A stretch of 64,000 nt of DNA from Synechococcus sp. SB0662_bin_14 (GCA_009840445.1 VXNS01000008.1:2715-66714), one strand, 5' to 3'. Shown: positions 9,959 through 19,951, counted from the stretch's first letter. A program made the numbers and translations. Notes: a model not told the origin generated them from the sequence alone.

Positions 9959-10462
9959 ATGGTCATGCCCTTCAGCGTTTTGTTTTCCGTCTTTGGCATG
10001 GGAGTTGCCCTGATGGGCCTCCAGATCCGCCTGTCCGGCCAGGTGAGAGATCAGATTCGAGGTGTCTATGGGGAGGTCAAAGACCTGGGCGGCCGCATTG
10101 AGCGGGTGGAAGAACGGCTCAGCGGCCGCATCGACCAGGTGCGTGACGAGCTCAACGGTCGTATTGACCAGGTGCGCGACGAACTGAATGGCCGCATCGA
10201 CCAGGCGCGTGACGAACTGGGCGGTCGTATCGACCAGGTGCGTGACGAACTGAATGGCCGCATTGACCAGGTGCGCGACGAGTTGAGCGGTCGCATTGAC
10301 CGGGTCAGTGGTGAGGTCAAGAGTGTTCGTGACGAACTGGGCGGTCGCATCGACCAGGTCAGCAGCGAACTCAAGGAAGTGCGTGGAGAGGTGGCGTTTA
10401 TCAAGGGCCACCTCTCCGCCGCCCTGACGTTGGGATTGTCCAAGACGGTTGAAACACCGTGA
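9959..10462 (+). CDS. Membrane-anchored coiled-coil protein with 11-residue repeats
   Basis: N-terminal hydrophobic segment followed by repeated L(N/S/G)GRIDQVRDE. Confidence 0.75.
   Translation: MVMPFSVLFSVFGMGVALMGLQIRLSGQVRDQIRGVYGEVKDLGGRIERVEERLSGRIDQVRDELNGRIDQVRDELNGRIDQARDELGGRIDQVRDELNGRIDQVRDELSGRIDRVSGEVKSVRDELGGRIDQVSSELKEVRGEVAFIKGHLSAALTLGLSKTVETP
10118..10368 (+). repeat. 33-bp in-frame tandem repeat, about 7 copies (5 near-perfect at protein level)
   Basis: Units such as GGCCGCATCGACCAGGTGCGTGACGAGCTCAAC that vary mainly at synonymous sites. Confidence 0.9.
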
Positions 10463-10673
10463 GCTTCAACGCTGGTTCAACGCCATGGGGGGACGGTCGA
10501 GGAGCGCCCAGCGGATTGGTCCATTGCCGTTACGTGAAGATTGATTGCCCAGCTTGCACCTGGGCCGCAGGAGGCTTGATAAAAGCGCGGTTACCTGCTC
10601 AAATATCAATGTTGCCAATGTTTGTAGCGTTCCCTCGTATGACTCAAAGAGCTGTCCCCCAGTTCTCAAGGCC

Positions 10674-10711
10674 CACACCGGCACACCGGCACACCGGCAC
10701 ACCGGCACACC
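10674..10711. repeat. 8-bp tandem repeat (CACACCGG) x4.75
   Basis: Seen directly upstream of the autotransporter ORF. Confidence 0.9.
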
Positions 10712-10777
10712 AGGCTAGCTAACTTCATCAAGCCTGGTGCGAATGATAAAAATCTTGTAATAAAACTTCGCAACAAT

Positions 10778-13138
10778 TTGTCGGGACTGGGCCTCTCTTC
10801 TCCAGGTTCTCCCGGATGCAGGTCTTGCCCACGGGACGGCGCAAACGTCTCGGGTAAAACAAGCCCACGTCAGTTGCTTCCCCAAGCGGATCCAGGCGCA
10901 AACTCCCTGACTCCTCTCCTGTCCGGATGGCCCGCTGCTGCATCGCTGGCGGCGTTGGCGGTTTTATCTTCAGGAGGCTTGGGCAGTCCGGCTCTGGGCC
11001 ATGTACGACCCCCATTTGACTATAGGCATACTTGCACGGAAGATGATATTCTACCAGCCTATCGTAATACATGGTTTGGGCGGGACGTAACGGATACTGG
11101 TGAGATCCTTTATCTCTATCTAGAAAGCCAGCAATATGGCCGCGGAGACTGCCATTTCCATACTGGCAAATTCGTCGACCGAACAACTGAAGAACCAGAG
11201 GAGGAGCCGGAAGCGCCAGAAGAGGAAGAAAACACCCCACCCGAGGTCGTCCGTCGACATAGAGACATAACTTTCCCTAGAGCCGGCATCGACCCGACTG
11301 ATCGCCTTGCCTGGGGTTTTACTGATAGCGATCTAAGCAACGATTTCCGCGATCCCGACGGGGACGCGCTCACTTACAGCGCGAGCAGCAGCAATCCCGG
11401 CCTGGTGAGGGCAGTGGTTGATGGCTCCAGACTGACGTACAACGCCGTGGTAGGAGCAGGCACGGGAACCGCCACCGTCACGGTGACCGCCAGTGACGGG
11501 GAGGACAGTGTCAGCATGTCTTTCACCGTTGTGGTGTCGAGTAACAGGCCCGAGAGTTCCAGGCCTGGGAACCAGCCGGAGGAACCGGAGACGCAACCAG
11601 AAGAACCGGAGAACCAGCCGGAGGAACCGGAGAACCAGCCTGAAGATGAAAACTCCTTCCTGGACGACCTTTTGGATAATACCGCCGATTATGCCGCTGA
11701 GGAAGCAGTGGAAAAGGCGACGGAGAGGATTCTGGAAAGGGCTTCGGAACAAGCCGCCCGCCAGGTCTTAAAAACAGCTTTGAAGGGTGCGGCCCGTGCG
11801 GTTCCCGTTCTGGGAGCAGCCATGACCGCCTACGACATTTACACCATTTACCAGGACCTCACCTCCTACGACTACGACAGCGGGGAACAGTTCAAGCGGC
11901 TGGCGGAGAACCTGTACATCCACCACGCGGCGCTGGAAAACGGCTCCCTCGCCTGGGAGCAGGCTTTCTCCGGTCAGGAGTTCACCGTCCCCCTCAGACT
12001 GTCCCGCACCTCTTCCCAGGAGGGAGACCCGTCGCCCCGCTTTAACGCTCTTTTCAAGGGCAACGTGGACTTCTCCCGCTTCAGCGACAGCGCCACCGAT
12101 TTTCACGTAGACGGCAGCAGCACCACCTACCGTTTGGGTCTGGACGTGCTGCCCAATCCTGAAGCGCCCCTGGTGACCGGCGTGCAGTTGGCCTTCACCC
12201 GCGCCGACGTGGATTTTGAAGACAGGGAGATCGACACCGAAGGGGACTATGCCCTGCGGCTGTTCACCGTATCCCCCACCGTTGCCTGGGACGCCACGGA
12301 ACATCTCACCCTCCAGGCCAGCATCAGCTACGGCCGCGGGGAAGCAGAAACCACCATCGACGCCATTGCCGACGACCGTTTCGACTTTGTGGAAGGCTCC
12401 ACCACCACAGATAGCGGCGATCTTTTCAGCGTTGCGGCGGGCGCTAACCTGCGTGTCTGGCAATCCGAGGCCAGCGCCTTTCATCTGAAGCTGGGGGGCT
12501 CTACTGCGTCTTTCCTGGACACCAAAGTGCAGCAGGGCCGCCTTGCTGCAGAGTTGTCCCGTGATCTTGCCCTTGAGGCGGGGCGGTTGCGGTCTTCCGC
12601 CAACCTGGCCTTGCTGCTCAGCAATACCGACCCCAGCGCCACGGAATTGAGCGGCAACCTCAACTGGCTTCCCGCCCAGGGCCGCTTGAGCGGCTCCACC
12701 ACTGCACGGGTGTTGCTGTTTGGGGGTGATCGCAGCGAATGGGGCATTAGCGGCGGCCTCTCCCTGTTGCCCGGCCAGCAAGGGGAAGGCCTTTCCCTTG
12801 CCCTGCAACCCTCCTTCGGCCAGGCCAACGCCTCCCTTGCGGGGCTGGAGGGTCTGGATGCCTGGGATCGCTACAGCGACTTGACGGATCTGGCCCTGGG
12901 CGCGACGCCCTTGACGGCCCGCTTCCATGCCGAGGCGGCCTACGGCTTCCGCAAGGGTAACGCTCTCCTCACCCCCTACACCCAACTGGACATGAGCGAC
13001 ACCAGCACCCTCTACGGCGCCGGCTTCCGTTATGCACTGGACAACAGCCTGGATCTGGACCTGAGCGCCAGCCACAGGCAACGCTCCTCCGGCAACAACG
13101 ACAACCGCCTCTTCCTTCAGCTTCGTACCGATCTCTGA
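10778..13138 (+). CDS. Autotransporter-like outer-membrane protein: cadherin/Ig-like domain, acidic Pro/Glu linkers, C-terminal beta-barrel
   Basis: Signal-like AASLAALAVLSSGG...ALG; Ig-like RDPDGDALTYSASSS...VTVTASDG; amphipathic beta-strands ending RLFLQLRTDL. Start is uncertain. Confidence 0.75.
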   Translation: MSGLGLSSPGSPGCRSCPRDGANVSGKTSPRQLLPQADPGANSLTPLLSGWPAAASLAALAVLSSGGLGSPALGHVRPPFDYRHTCTEDDILPAYRNTWFGRDVTDTGEILYLYLESQQYGRGDCHFHTGKFVDRTTEEPEEEPEAPEEEENTPPEVVRRHRDITFPRAGIDPTDRLAWGFTDSDLSNDFRDPDGDALTYSASSSNPGLVRAVVDGSRLTYNAVVGAGTGTATVTVTASDGEDSVSMSFTVVVSSNRPESSRPGNQPEEPETQPEEPENQPEEPENQPEDENSFLDDLLDNTADYAAEEAVEKATERILERASEQAARQVLKTALKGAARAVPVLGAAMTAYDIYTIYQDLTSYDYDSGEQFKRLAENLYIHHAALENGSLAWEQAFSGQEFTVPLRLSRTSSQEGDPSPRFNALFKGNVDFSRFSDSATDFHVDGSSTTYRLGLDVLPNPEAPLVTGVQLAFTRADVDFEDREIDTEGDYALRLFTVSPTVAWDATEHLTLQASISYGRGEAETTIDAIADDRFDFVEGSTTTDSGDLFSVAAGANLRVWQSEASAFHLKLGGSTASFLDTKVQQGRLAAELSRDLALEAGRLRSSANLALLLSNTDPSATELSGNLNWLPAQGRLSGSTTARVLLFGGDRSEWGISGGLSLLPGQQGEGLSLALQPSFGQANASLAGLEGLDAWDRYSDLTDLALGATPLTARFHAEAAYGFRKGNALLTPYTQLDMSDTSTLYGAGFRYALDNSLDLDLSASHRQRSSGNNDNRLFLQLRTDL
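11570..11653 (+). repeat. 21-bp in-frame repeat encoding (NQPEEPE)n linker
   Basis: NQPEEPETQPEEPENQPEEPENQPEDEN. Confidence 0.85.
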
Positions 13139-13149
13139 TTGGTGCGGGG

Positions 13150-13190
13150 CTCAGCGCCAGCCGGATTGTGCCTCCCGATTGGCGCTGGGG
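13150..13190 (+). terminator. Stem-loop downstream of the autotransporter (possible terminator or mRNA-stabilising hairpin)
   Basis: CAGCGCCA...TGGCGCTG inverted repeat; no clear U-tract. Confidence 0.35.
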
Positions 13191-13245
13191 CGCTCCCTCA
13201 GACTTCACCTCTCCCTCTCCTGTTCACCTTCGCTCACCAACTCCC

Positions 13246-13659
13246 ATGACGACACAATCTGGTGTTCCTGTTCCCCGAGCATTGGCTCTCGCAATGACAG
13301 TCATCTCGACCAGTACATTAATAGCAGTGTTAGTTCTTCTATCTAGTGAGAGTCTTGCTCAGAATGGCCGTTTCGGAGACAATCCATTGAATCCAGAGCG
13401 CTGGGGTCCAGGAGCAATAGGTGGCGTTTTAGGTGGCGTTGTGGGCAGTTTCCTTGTCATCTCTGTCTCTAATTCTATTTCTAACGATATCAGAAAATCT
13501 GCACAGCTTCTTCAGGAGTCCGAGACATCTCTTCAGAAACTTAGCAGGCGCTTGGGCAGTAATCCTGGTCTTCACATGAAGGATGCTTCTTTGGTTAAGA
13601 AGCAAATGGATTTAATCGATCAGCAAAAACAATTGATTGATAAACAAATGAAAGGATAA
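13246..13659 (+). CDS. Hypothetical membrane protein: two hydrophobic segments (second is a glycine zipper) and a C-terminal coiled coil
   Basis: GAIGGVLGGVVG; tail KKQMDLIDQQKQLIDKQMK; AT-rich. Confidence 0.6.
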   Translation: MTTQSGVPVPRALALAMTVISTSTLIAVLVLLSSESLAQNGRFGDNPLNPERWGPGAIGGVLGGVVGSFLVISVSNSISNDIRKSAQLLQESETSLQKLSRRLGSNPGLHMKDASLVKKQMDLIDQQKQLIDKQMKG

Positions 13660-13726
13660 ATGTAGATTATGGTATGTGATTGAAATCGGAAAGGACTACT
13701 GTTCACCGTTTCTTGCCCCCCTGCCA

Positions 13727-15109
13727 ATGTTGCACTCTTTGCCACTACTGGCCACACCCGCTTTGTTCAGCTTCCTGTTGCTCCTCCCTCCCCCTCCAGC
13801 CGTTGCAAAGTCCAGCAAGGCCTGGCAACCTTCGCCACAATGCGGCATCAGCTCATATGACTTGACCCATTGCTCTGACATGGGTCTTCTTACCCAAGCC
13901 TCGGATTCAGACCAAGACAAAGAAGACAAGGAATTAAAGATACTAAAAATACGAAAGCCTGAGATTAAAGACTTGTTCAGTGGCTATGCAGGAAGTTTGA
14001 TCAAAGATGATGATCCATTAAACATATCAGAAGGGAAAACACTTGTTTTCTATGTAAATTTAAACAGACAACCAACAAGTCCTGTAAAAGTAAACATCTT
14101 ACCAAACATCTTATTAAAAGACAATCAAAAACAAGAAATTGATCTTGAAAAGTCTCAAGAAATCTTTATCACTCCTAATTCTTTAACTTTCACTGAGGAT
14201 AGTTGGCAAACTCCTCAAGCAGTTACGTTTCTATTAGATAATAACATTGATAAGGAAAACGAGAAAATAAATATCTGTTTTGATCCTTCTGGAGATGGCT
14301 ACACTGAACCAGTTGTCTTAGATCTGGTGATAGCTAATGATGATACTCGCGGATTAACATTGAATAGTCCTGAATTAATCGTGACGGAAGGAGGAGCAGG
14401 TTCCTTCTCAGTGAAGCTAGACACTGAACCAACAGAGCCTATAGTGATAAAAGTTTCTGTCGCCAAAAATAAAGATGAAGATTCTGAACAAGTCTTCCTT
14501 GACTCCGACTACTTTGTTAAGCCCTTCTACTTTACAAAGGAAGACTGGGAAAATGTCACAACGGAGCAACTACAAAACCTGAAAGCCGGTTTCTCACAAT
14601 TCTTCCCGATAAGCTTAAATTACATAGATCAAACAAGACGCACTTTCCAGGCTTTAGCGAATAATTTTTCCCATTTCAATAATGATTCTTTCATTATTAA
14701 TTCTCATTTTTTGGTTTTTTCTGTTGTAAATTGGAACATTCCTCAATCAGTCATGGTTTTTGTAAACGAAAATCAAAAGGATCAAGATGATCGATGGACA
14801 ATCGTTTCTCTTGATCCTTTCGGAGGAGGCTATGATAATAATCAATCAAAAGAAATTGAGATAGAAATTAAAGATACCACATCACCAAGACCATCACCGC
14901 AAGGACCTATCGTACTGACATTATTTATAGGAGCAAACATTCTCGCACTTAAATTTGCTGTAAGTGCAAAGATCAATGACATTGATATTAAGCTTCAAAA
15001 CAAAGAAAATGATCTTTTGAGTGAAATTGATGAAAAAGTTGCAGACATAAAAACGGAGGTAGAAGAGATCAAGGAAGACGTGGAAGAGATAAAAGATAAG
15101 ATCGAGTAG
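13727..15109 (+). CDS. Secreted/membrane protein with two Calx-beta-like Ig repeats, C-terminal TM helix and coiled coil
   Basis: Signal peptide ending AVA; repeats VNLNRQPTSPVKV...LTFTEDSWQTPQAVTF and VKLDTEPTEPIVI...VFSVVNWNIPQSVMV; TM IVLTLFIGANILAL; strongly AT-rich. Confidence 0.65.
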   Translation: MLHSLPLLATPALFSFLLLLPPPPAVAKSSKAWQPSPQCGISSYDLTHCSDMGLLTQASDSDQDKEDKELKILKIRKPEIKDLFSGYAGSLIKDDDPLNISEGKTLVFYVNLNRQPTSPVKVNILPNILLKDNQKQEIDLEKSQEIFITPNSLTFTEDSWQTPQAVTFLLDNNIDKENEKINICFDPSGDGYTEPVVLDLVIANDDTRGLTLNSPELIVTEGGAGSFSVKLDTEPTEPIVIKVSVAKNKDEDSEQVFLDSDYFVKPFYFTKEDWENVTTEQLQNLKAGFSQFFPISLNYIDQTRRTFQALANNFSHFNNDSFIINSHFLVFSVVNWNIPQSVMVFVNENQKDQDDRWTIVSLDPFGGGYDNNQSKEIEIEIKDTTSPRPSPQGPIVLTLFIGANILALKFAVSAKINDIDIKLQNKENDLLSEIDEKVADIKTEVEEIKEDVEEIKDKIE

Positions 15110-15275
15110 AGATAAAGAAAATCTTGGCTAATCAAACAAAACCTGAAGAACCTTGAACCCCAGACAGCCGGCCACCAGGCCGGACAATTTCCGATGGCCC
15201 TCCTCCACCAGCAGAAGACCACATGCTCAGATGACGGTTCCCGACCTAAGCTGGCCACAGTCCGTTTCCGCTCCC

Positions 15276-16910
15276 ATGGCGTCATCGTCCCCTGCCCTGG
15301 CACACCCACCCACGGTGACGGATCCCAACGGTGAATTGCAGCGGGACTTGGCGCGGCACCCCACCATCGTGATTCTGGACTTCGGCTCCCAGTACGCCGA
15401 ACTCATTGCCCGCCGCATCCGCGAGACGGAGGTGTTTTCCGTGGTGCTGGGCCACGGGACCAGCACCACGGAATTGCGGCAGTTGCAGCCCCGCGGGATC
15501 ATCCTCAGCGGTGGTCCCAACTCCACCTACGGGGAAGGAGCGCCCCGGTGTGATCCTGGCCTTTGGGACCTGGGCATCCCGGTGTTGGGGGTGTGCTACG
15601 GGATGCAGTTGATGGTGCAACAACTGGGTGGGGAGGTGGAGTCGTCGCAGCGGGGGGAATACGGCCGTGCCCGGCTTTGGGTGGACGACCCCACGGGCCT
15701 GCTCACCAACGTGGACCACGGCTCCACCATGTGGATGAGCCACGGGGACGGGGTCAGCCGTCTCCCGGAGGGGTTCACCCCTCTGGCCCACACGGACAAC
15801 ACACCCCTGGCGGCCGTCGCCGATGCCCAACGCCGTTTGTACGGGGTGCAGTTTCACCCGGAGGTGGTGCATTCCACCTGCGGCATGGAGTTGATCCGCA
15901 ACTTTGTCTTCCATGTTTGCGGGTGCAGCCCCAACTGGAACACCGCGACGTTTGAGGAGGAGGCCGTTGCCGACGTGCGGGCCATGGTGGGGCAGAGTCG
16001 TGTGCTGCTGGCCCTCTCCGGTGGCGTGGATTCTTCCACCCTGGCCTTTTTGCTCAACAAGGCCATTGGTGCGCAGCTCACCTGTGTGTTTATTGATCAG
16101 GGCTTCATGCGCAAGGGGGAAACGGAGTTCCTCATGAATTTCTTCCGGGAACGGTTTCATATCGACGTGCATCACATCCAGGCACGGGAGCGTTTCCTCA
16201 AACGACTCAAAGGCGTGACAGACCCGGAAGAAAAACGCAAGGCCATTGGCGAGGAGTTTATTCGTGTCTTTGAACAGGAAAGTAAACGTCTTGGCCCCTT
16301 TGATTATCTGGCCCAAGGCACGTTATATCCAGACGTGATTGAATCTGCCGGCACCAACGTGGATCCCAAAACCGGGAAACGTGTGGCGGTGAAGATCAAG
16401 AGCCACCACAACGTGGGTGGACTACCAGAAGACCTGCGCTTCCAGTTGGTGGAGCCCCTGCGGCGCCTGTTCAAAGACGAGGTGCGCAAGCTGGGCCGCA
16501 GATTGGGGCTGCCGGAGGAGATTGTGGGGCGCCACCCCTTCCCAGGGCCTGGTCTGGCCATTCGCATTCTGGGAGAGGTGAGCGAAGACAAGCTGGAGAT
16601 GCTGCGGGATGCAGACATGATTCTCCGGGAAGAGATCAAGGCGGCTGGCCTGTATCACGACATCTGGCAGGCGTTGGCGGTGCTGCTACCGGTGCAATCC
16701 GTGGGGGTGATGGGGGATCAGCGCACCTATGCCTATCCCGTTGTGGTGCGCTGCGTCAGCAGCCAGGACGGCATGACTGCCGACTGGTCCCGCCTTCCCC
16801 ATGAGCTACTTGAGCGCATCTCCAATCGCATCGTTAACGAAGTGAAGGGCATCAACCGGGTTGTGTACGACGTCACCAGCAAGCCACCCGGCACCATCGA
16901 GTGGGAATGA
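15276..16910 (+). CDS. guaA: GMP synthase (glutamine-hydrolysing)
   Basis: [29 protein letters not shown] and KPPGTIEWE motifs. Confidence 0.98.
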   Translation: MASSSPALAHPPTVTDPNGELQRDLARHPTIVILDFGSQYAELIARRIRETEVFSVVLGHGTSTTELRQLQPRGIILSGGPNSTYGEGAPRCDPGLWDLGIPVLGVCYGMQLMVQQLGGEVESSQRGEYGRARLWVDDPTGLLTNVDHGSTMWMSHGDGVSRLPEGFTPLAHTDNTPLAAVADAQRRLYGVQFHPEVVHSTCGMELIRNFVFHVCGCSPNWNTATFEEEAVADVRAMVGQSRVLLALSGGVDSSTLAFLLNKAIGAQLTCVFIDQGFMRKGETEFLMNFFRERFHIDVHHIQARERFLKRLKGVTDPEEKRKAIGEEFIRVFEQESKRLGPFDYLAQGTLYPDVIESAGTNVDPKTGKRVAVKIKSHHNVGGLPEDLRFQLVEPLRRLFKDEVRKLGRRLGLPEEIVGRHPFPGPGLAIRILGEVSEDKLEMLRDADMILREEIKAAGLYHDIWQALAVLLPVQSVGVMGDQRTYAYPVVVRCVSSQDGMTADWSRLPHELLERISNRIVNEVKGINRVVYDVTSKPPGTIEWE

Positions 16911-16934
16911 GGGAAGAACGGGCTCGATTGATGC

Positions 16935-17678
16935 TCAATAGATGCCGCCATCCACTTGCAACACCTGGCCGGTGATGTAGGCGGCAGCGGGATCGGCGGT
17001 AAGGAAGCGGACTGCCCCGGCCACGTGCTCGGGTTGTCCCAAGCACCCCATGGGGATGGCCTTGAGCAGGGCATCGTTTTCCAGTCCCTTGGTCATGTCC
17101 GTGGCGATGAAGCCGGGGGCCACGGCATTGACCGTGATGCCGCGGCTGGCCAACTCCTTGGCACTGGTGCGGGTCAGACCAACGACACCGGCCTTGGCTG
17201 CGGCGTAGTTGGCCTGTCCCGGATTGCCCATCAGCCCCACCACGGAGGTGATGTTCACGATGCGGCCCCGTTTTTGTTTGAGCATGGGTCGCGCCGCCGC
17301 ACGGGTGCAATAGAAGACGCCGGACAGGTTCAGGTCCATCACCGCCTGCCAATCCGCTGTTTTCATGCGCATCAACAACCCGTCACGGATGATCCCCGCA
17401 TTGTTCACCAGCACGTCAAGGCTGCCGCTGCGTTCCAGCGCCGCCTTGATCAAACCGTCTGCTTCCGCCTCCTTGCTCACGTCCGCTTGCAGGGCATAGG
17501 CGCGGCCACCCCCCTCCTCGATGGCGGCCACCACTTCGGCGGCGGCCTCGGGGGAACGGGCATAGTTGACCACCACCTCCGCCCCGGCATCAGCCAACGC
17601 CACGGCCACGGCCCGGCCAATGCCACGGCTGGCGCCCGTCACCAGGGCCGTGCGATCCGTGAGCAGTTGATTGGCCAT
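16935..17678 (-). CDS. fabG: 3-oxoacyl-ACP reductase
   Basis: TGASRGIG, NNAGI and YAAAK motifs. Confidence 0.95.
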   Translation of the reverse strand: MANQLLTDRTALVTGASRGIGRAVAVALADAGAEVVVNYARSPEAAAEVVAAIEEGGGRAYALQADVSKEAEADGLIKAALERSGSLDVLVNNAGIIRDGLLMRMKTADWQAVMDLNLSGVFYCTRAAARPMLKQKRGRIVNITSVVGLMGNPGQANYAAAKAGVVGLTRTSAKELASRGITVNAVAPGFIATDMTKGLENDALLKAIPMGCLGQPEHVAGAVRFLTADPAAAYITGQVLQVDGGIY

Positions 17679-17727
17679 GGCGGTGGTGGGACAACAGGGA
17701 AGACTTCAACCTTGCCACAATGGGGCC

Positions 17728-18996
17728 ATGGACATCCTCGTGGTTGGGGGTGGGCTCTGCGGCACCTTGGCGGCCCTGGCCCTCAGTCGGCATCAGATTG
17801 CCGTGACCCTGCTGACAGGGGCGGCCCACCCGCAAGCCATACCCGCCGCCACCCGTTACAGCTACGGCGGCATTCCCTGGTGGATGGGCGTGGGGAATGA
17901 TGGAAGGACCCTGGCAGGCCAGGGACTGGTGTGCTGGCGGCAGTTGCAGGAGCGGCACGGGGATCTGGGCCTGCGGCCAGCCACCCTGCTGCTCCACTGG
18001 TCTGCGGCTGACGACGCCGATGACCACGCTGGGGTAGAGACTGCCGTGACGGCGCTCATGGCCAGCCTTCCGCCAGGGATCACGCCGGAGCGCCGGGAAC
18101 GTTCGGCCTTCCGCCAGGAGGACCTGCAACCCCTGGGGTTGACCTGTGCCGGGGCCATCGGTCTGCCCTATGGACGCATTGACAGCCACCACTATCGCCA
18201 CGCCATGGTCAGGGTGTTGCAGTCCCAGGGGGTGCGGTGCTTACCGGGGGCAGTGGCCCGGTTGCTGGTGCGCCATGGGCGCTGCACCGGCGCCCGCCTT
18301 GCCGACGGCGCCGTGGTGCGGTGTGACGGCGTGGTGCTGGCCACGGGGGCCGCCATGGCCAGCCTGTTGCCCCTGGCGGGGGCAGACAAGTGGTTCCCCT
18401 ACAGTTGGGCCAGTGTGCTGCCCCTGCGACAACCACAGCCGTGTCCCGAGGTGGTCCTGATGCCCCTGCTGGGGGGGCGGGAGCGGATGGAGCGCCAGGG
18501 CCGGGCAGACCTGGTGGTGGATCCCGGCCTGGCGCCGTGGCATGGGGGCGTGGTGTTTGGCCAGGCCACATGTCTTCAGCACCAGAGCAGGCTTTCTGGT
18601 GCTGAAGACGGCCCCGCCGCGCCGACACTGACGGGACCATGGCAGCCGGCCGTGGCGGAGGCCCGTCTCCGGCAGGCCTTGGCGGAATTGGCGCCCGGGT
18701 TGGCGGCAGCGGCCCGGCGGCAACAGGCGACGGTGCGCCACTGCCCCGTCAGCTACAGCCCTGACGGCCGGCCGTGGGTTGGTGGTTGTCCCGGCACCGA
18801 GAATCTCTGGCTGTTTGGGGGCTTTCGGGGGGGATTTGCCCTGGCGCCGGTCCTGGCGCCGGTCCTGGCGGAGGCCGTTGCCCACAACAGCACCGTTGCC
18901 GTGGAACTGGGGGTGGATCCGGCCCGCCTGCTGAAGCCGCAGGGCCGCTCCTGTCCCCCGTCTCAGGAGGGGGCGCCGAGGAGTTCCGGGTCCTGA
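17728..18996 (+). CDS. FAD-dependent oxidoreductase (DAO/glycine oxidase-like)
   Basis: N-terminal VVGGGLCG Rossmann motif; C-terminal [10 protein letters not shown]...[11 protein letters not shown]. Confidence 0.8.
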   Translation: MDILVVGGGLCGTLAALALSRHQIAVTLLTGAAHPQAIPAATRYSYGGIPWWMGVGNDGRTLAGQGLVCWRQLQERHGDLGLRPATLLLHWSAADDADDHAGVETAVTALMASLPPGITPERRERSAFRQEDLQPLGLTCAGAIGLPYGRIDSHHYRHAMVRVLQSQGVRCLPGAVARLLVRHGRCTGARLADGAVVRCDGVVLATGAAMASLLPLAGADKWFPYSWASVLPLRQPQPCPEVVLMPLLGGRERMERQGRADLVVDPGLAPWHGGVVFGQATCLQHQSRLSGAEDGPAAPTLTGPWQPAVAEARLRQALAELAPGLAAAARRQQATVRHCPVSYSPDGRPWVGGCPGTENLWLFGGFRGGFALAPVLAPVLAEAVAHNSTVAVELGVDPARLLKPQGRSCPPSQEGAPRSSGS

Positions 18997-19913
18997 TCCG
19001 GTGCGGGGGCGGCAGGTTCGGTGGGGGCGTCAGTGGCAGCATCAGCGGCGGCGGGCGACACCCCGTGGATTCGGAACAGATCGGCCAGGACGCTCCGGTG
19101 GCGGGTCCGCTCCACGATGCAGTCCACAAAACCGTGGTCTTGCAGGTATTCCGCCGTCTGGAAGTCAGCGGGGAGCTTTTCTCGAAGGGTTTCCTCCACC
19201 ACCCGCCGACCGGCAAAGCCGATGGTGGCCTTGGGCTCCGCCAGGTTCAGATCCCCCAGCATGGCAAAGCTGGCGGTGACGCCACCGGTGGTGGGATGGG
19301 TCAGGAGGGGAATGTAGAGGCACCGGGCCTGGCGATGGCGGTGCAACGCTCCGGACACCTTGGCCATCTGCATCAGACTGAACAATCCCTCCTGCATCCG
19401 CGCCCCACCGGAGGCGCACACAATCACCACGGGATAGCGGTATTGGGTGGCTGTTTCCACCAACCGGGCGAGCTTTTCCCCCACCACGGATCCCATGCTT
19501 CCCCCCATGAAGGCGAATTCCATCACCCCAAGGGCCAGGGGCATGTCGTGGAGGCGGGCCAGACCCGTCACCACGGCATCGTTCAGCCCGGTGGATTTCT
19601 GGTAGTGGCGCAGACGATCCACGTAGGCCTTGCTGTCCCGGAAACCGAGGGGGTCGGTGGGGCGCAGTTGCTCATCCAGGGGCTGGAAGCTGCCCTCGTC
19701 CACCAGCAAGTGAATGCGCTGCCGACTATCGATGCGGAAGTGGTAGCCACAGTTCAGGCAAACACTGGCATTGGCCACCAGGTCTTTGGTGTAGTTCACC
19801 TCGTTGCAGCTTGGGCACTTGCTCCAGAGGCCGTCACTGCTGTCACTGTCCTGAAGGCTGCGCAGGGCAGGGGCTTCCCGTTTGCGGCTGGCAAACCAAT
19901 CAAGGAGGGACAC
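18963..19913 (-). CDS. accD: Acetyl-CoA carboxylase carboxyltransferase beta subunit
   Basis: LWSKCPSC zinc finger, [11 protein letters not shown] and SGGARMQEG motifs. Confidence 0.98.
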   Translation of the reverse strand: MSLLDWFASRKREAPALRSLQDSDSSDGLWSKCPSCNEVNYTKDLVANASVCLNCGYHFRIDSRQRIHLLVDEGSFQPLDEQLRPTDPLGFRDSKAYVDRLRHYQKSTGLNDAVVTGLARLHDMPLALGVMEFAFMGGSMGSVVGEKLARLVETATQYRYPVVIVCASGGARMQEGLFSLMQMAKVSGALHRHRQARCLYIPLLTHPTTGGVTASFAMLGDLNLAEPKATIGFAGRRVVEETLREKLPADFQTAEYLQDHGFVDCIVERTRHRSVLADLFRIHGVSPAAADAATDAPTEPAAPAPDQDPELLGAPS

Positions 19914-19951
19914 GCTTGGCTGTGGCGGGATGACGCCTTATTCAAACCGCT

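Noticed and set aside
10118-10368. CRISPR-like periodicity
   Set aside because: The units are contiguous, in-frame and lack unique spacers; no cas genes are present. No CRISPR array was seen anywhere in the window.
8774-10411. 545-aa minus ORF with apparent repeats
   Set aside because: Antisense shadow of cbiD and the 33-bp repeat gene.
10463-10673. Short ORFs in both directions after the coiled-coil gene
   Set aside because: No recognisable motif in any frame; it may be a decayed gene but cannot be supported.
10739-10757. Fur-box-like sequence GCGAATGATAAAAATCTTG upstream of the autotransporter
   Set aside because: Only 12/19 match to the consensus in an AT-rich patch; not distinguishable from chance.
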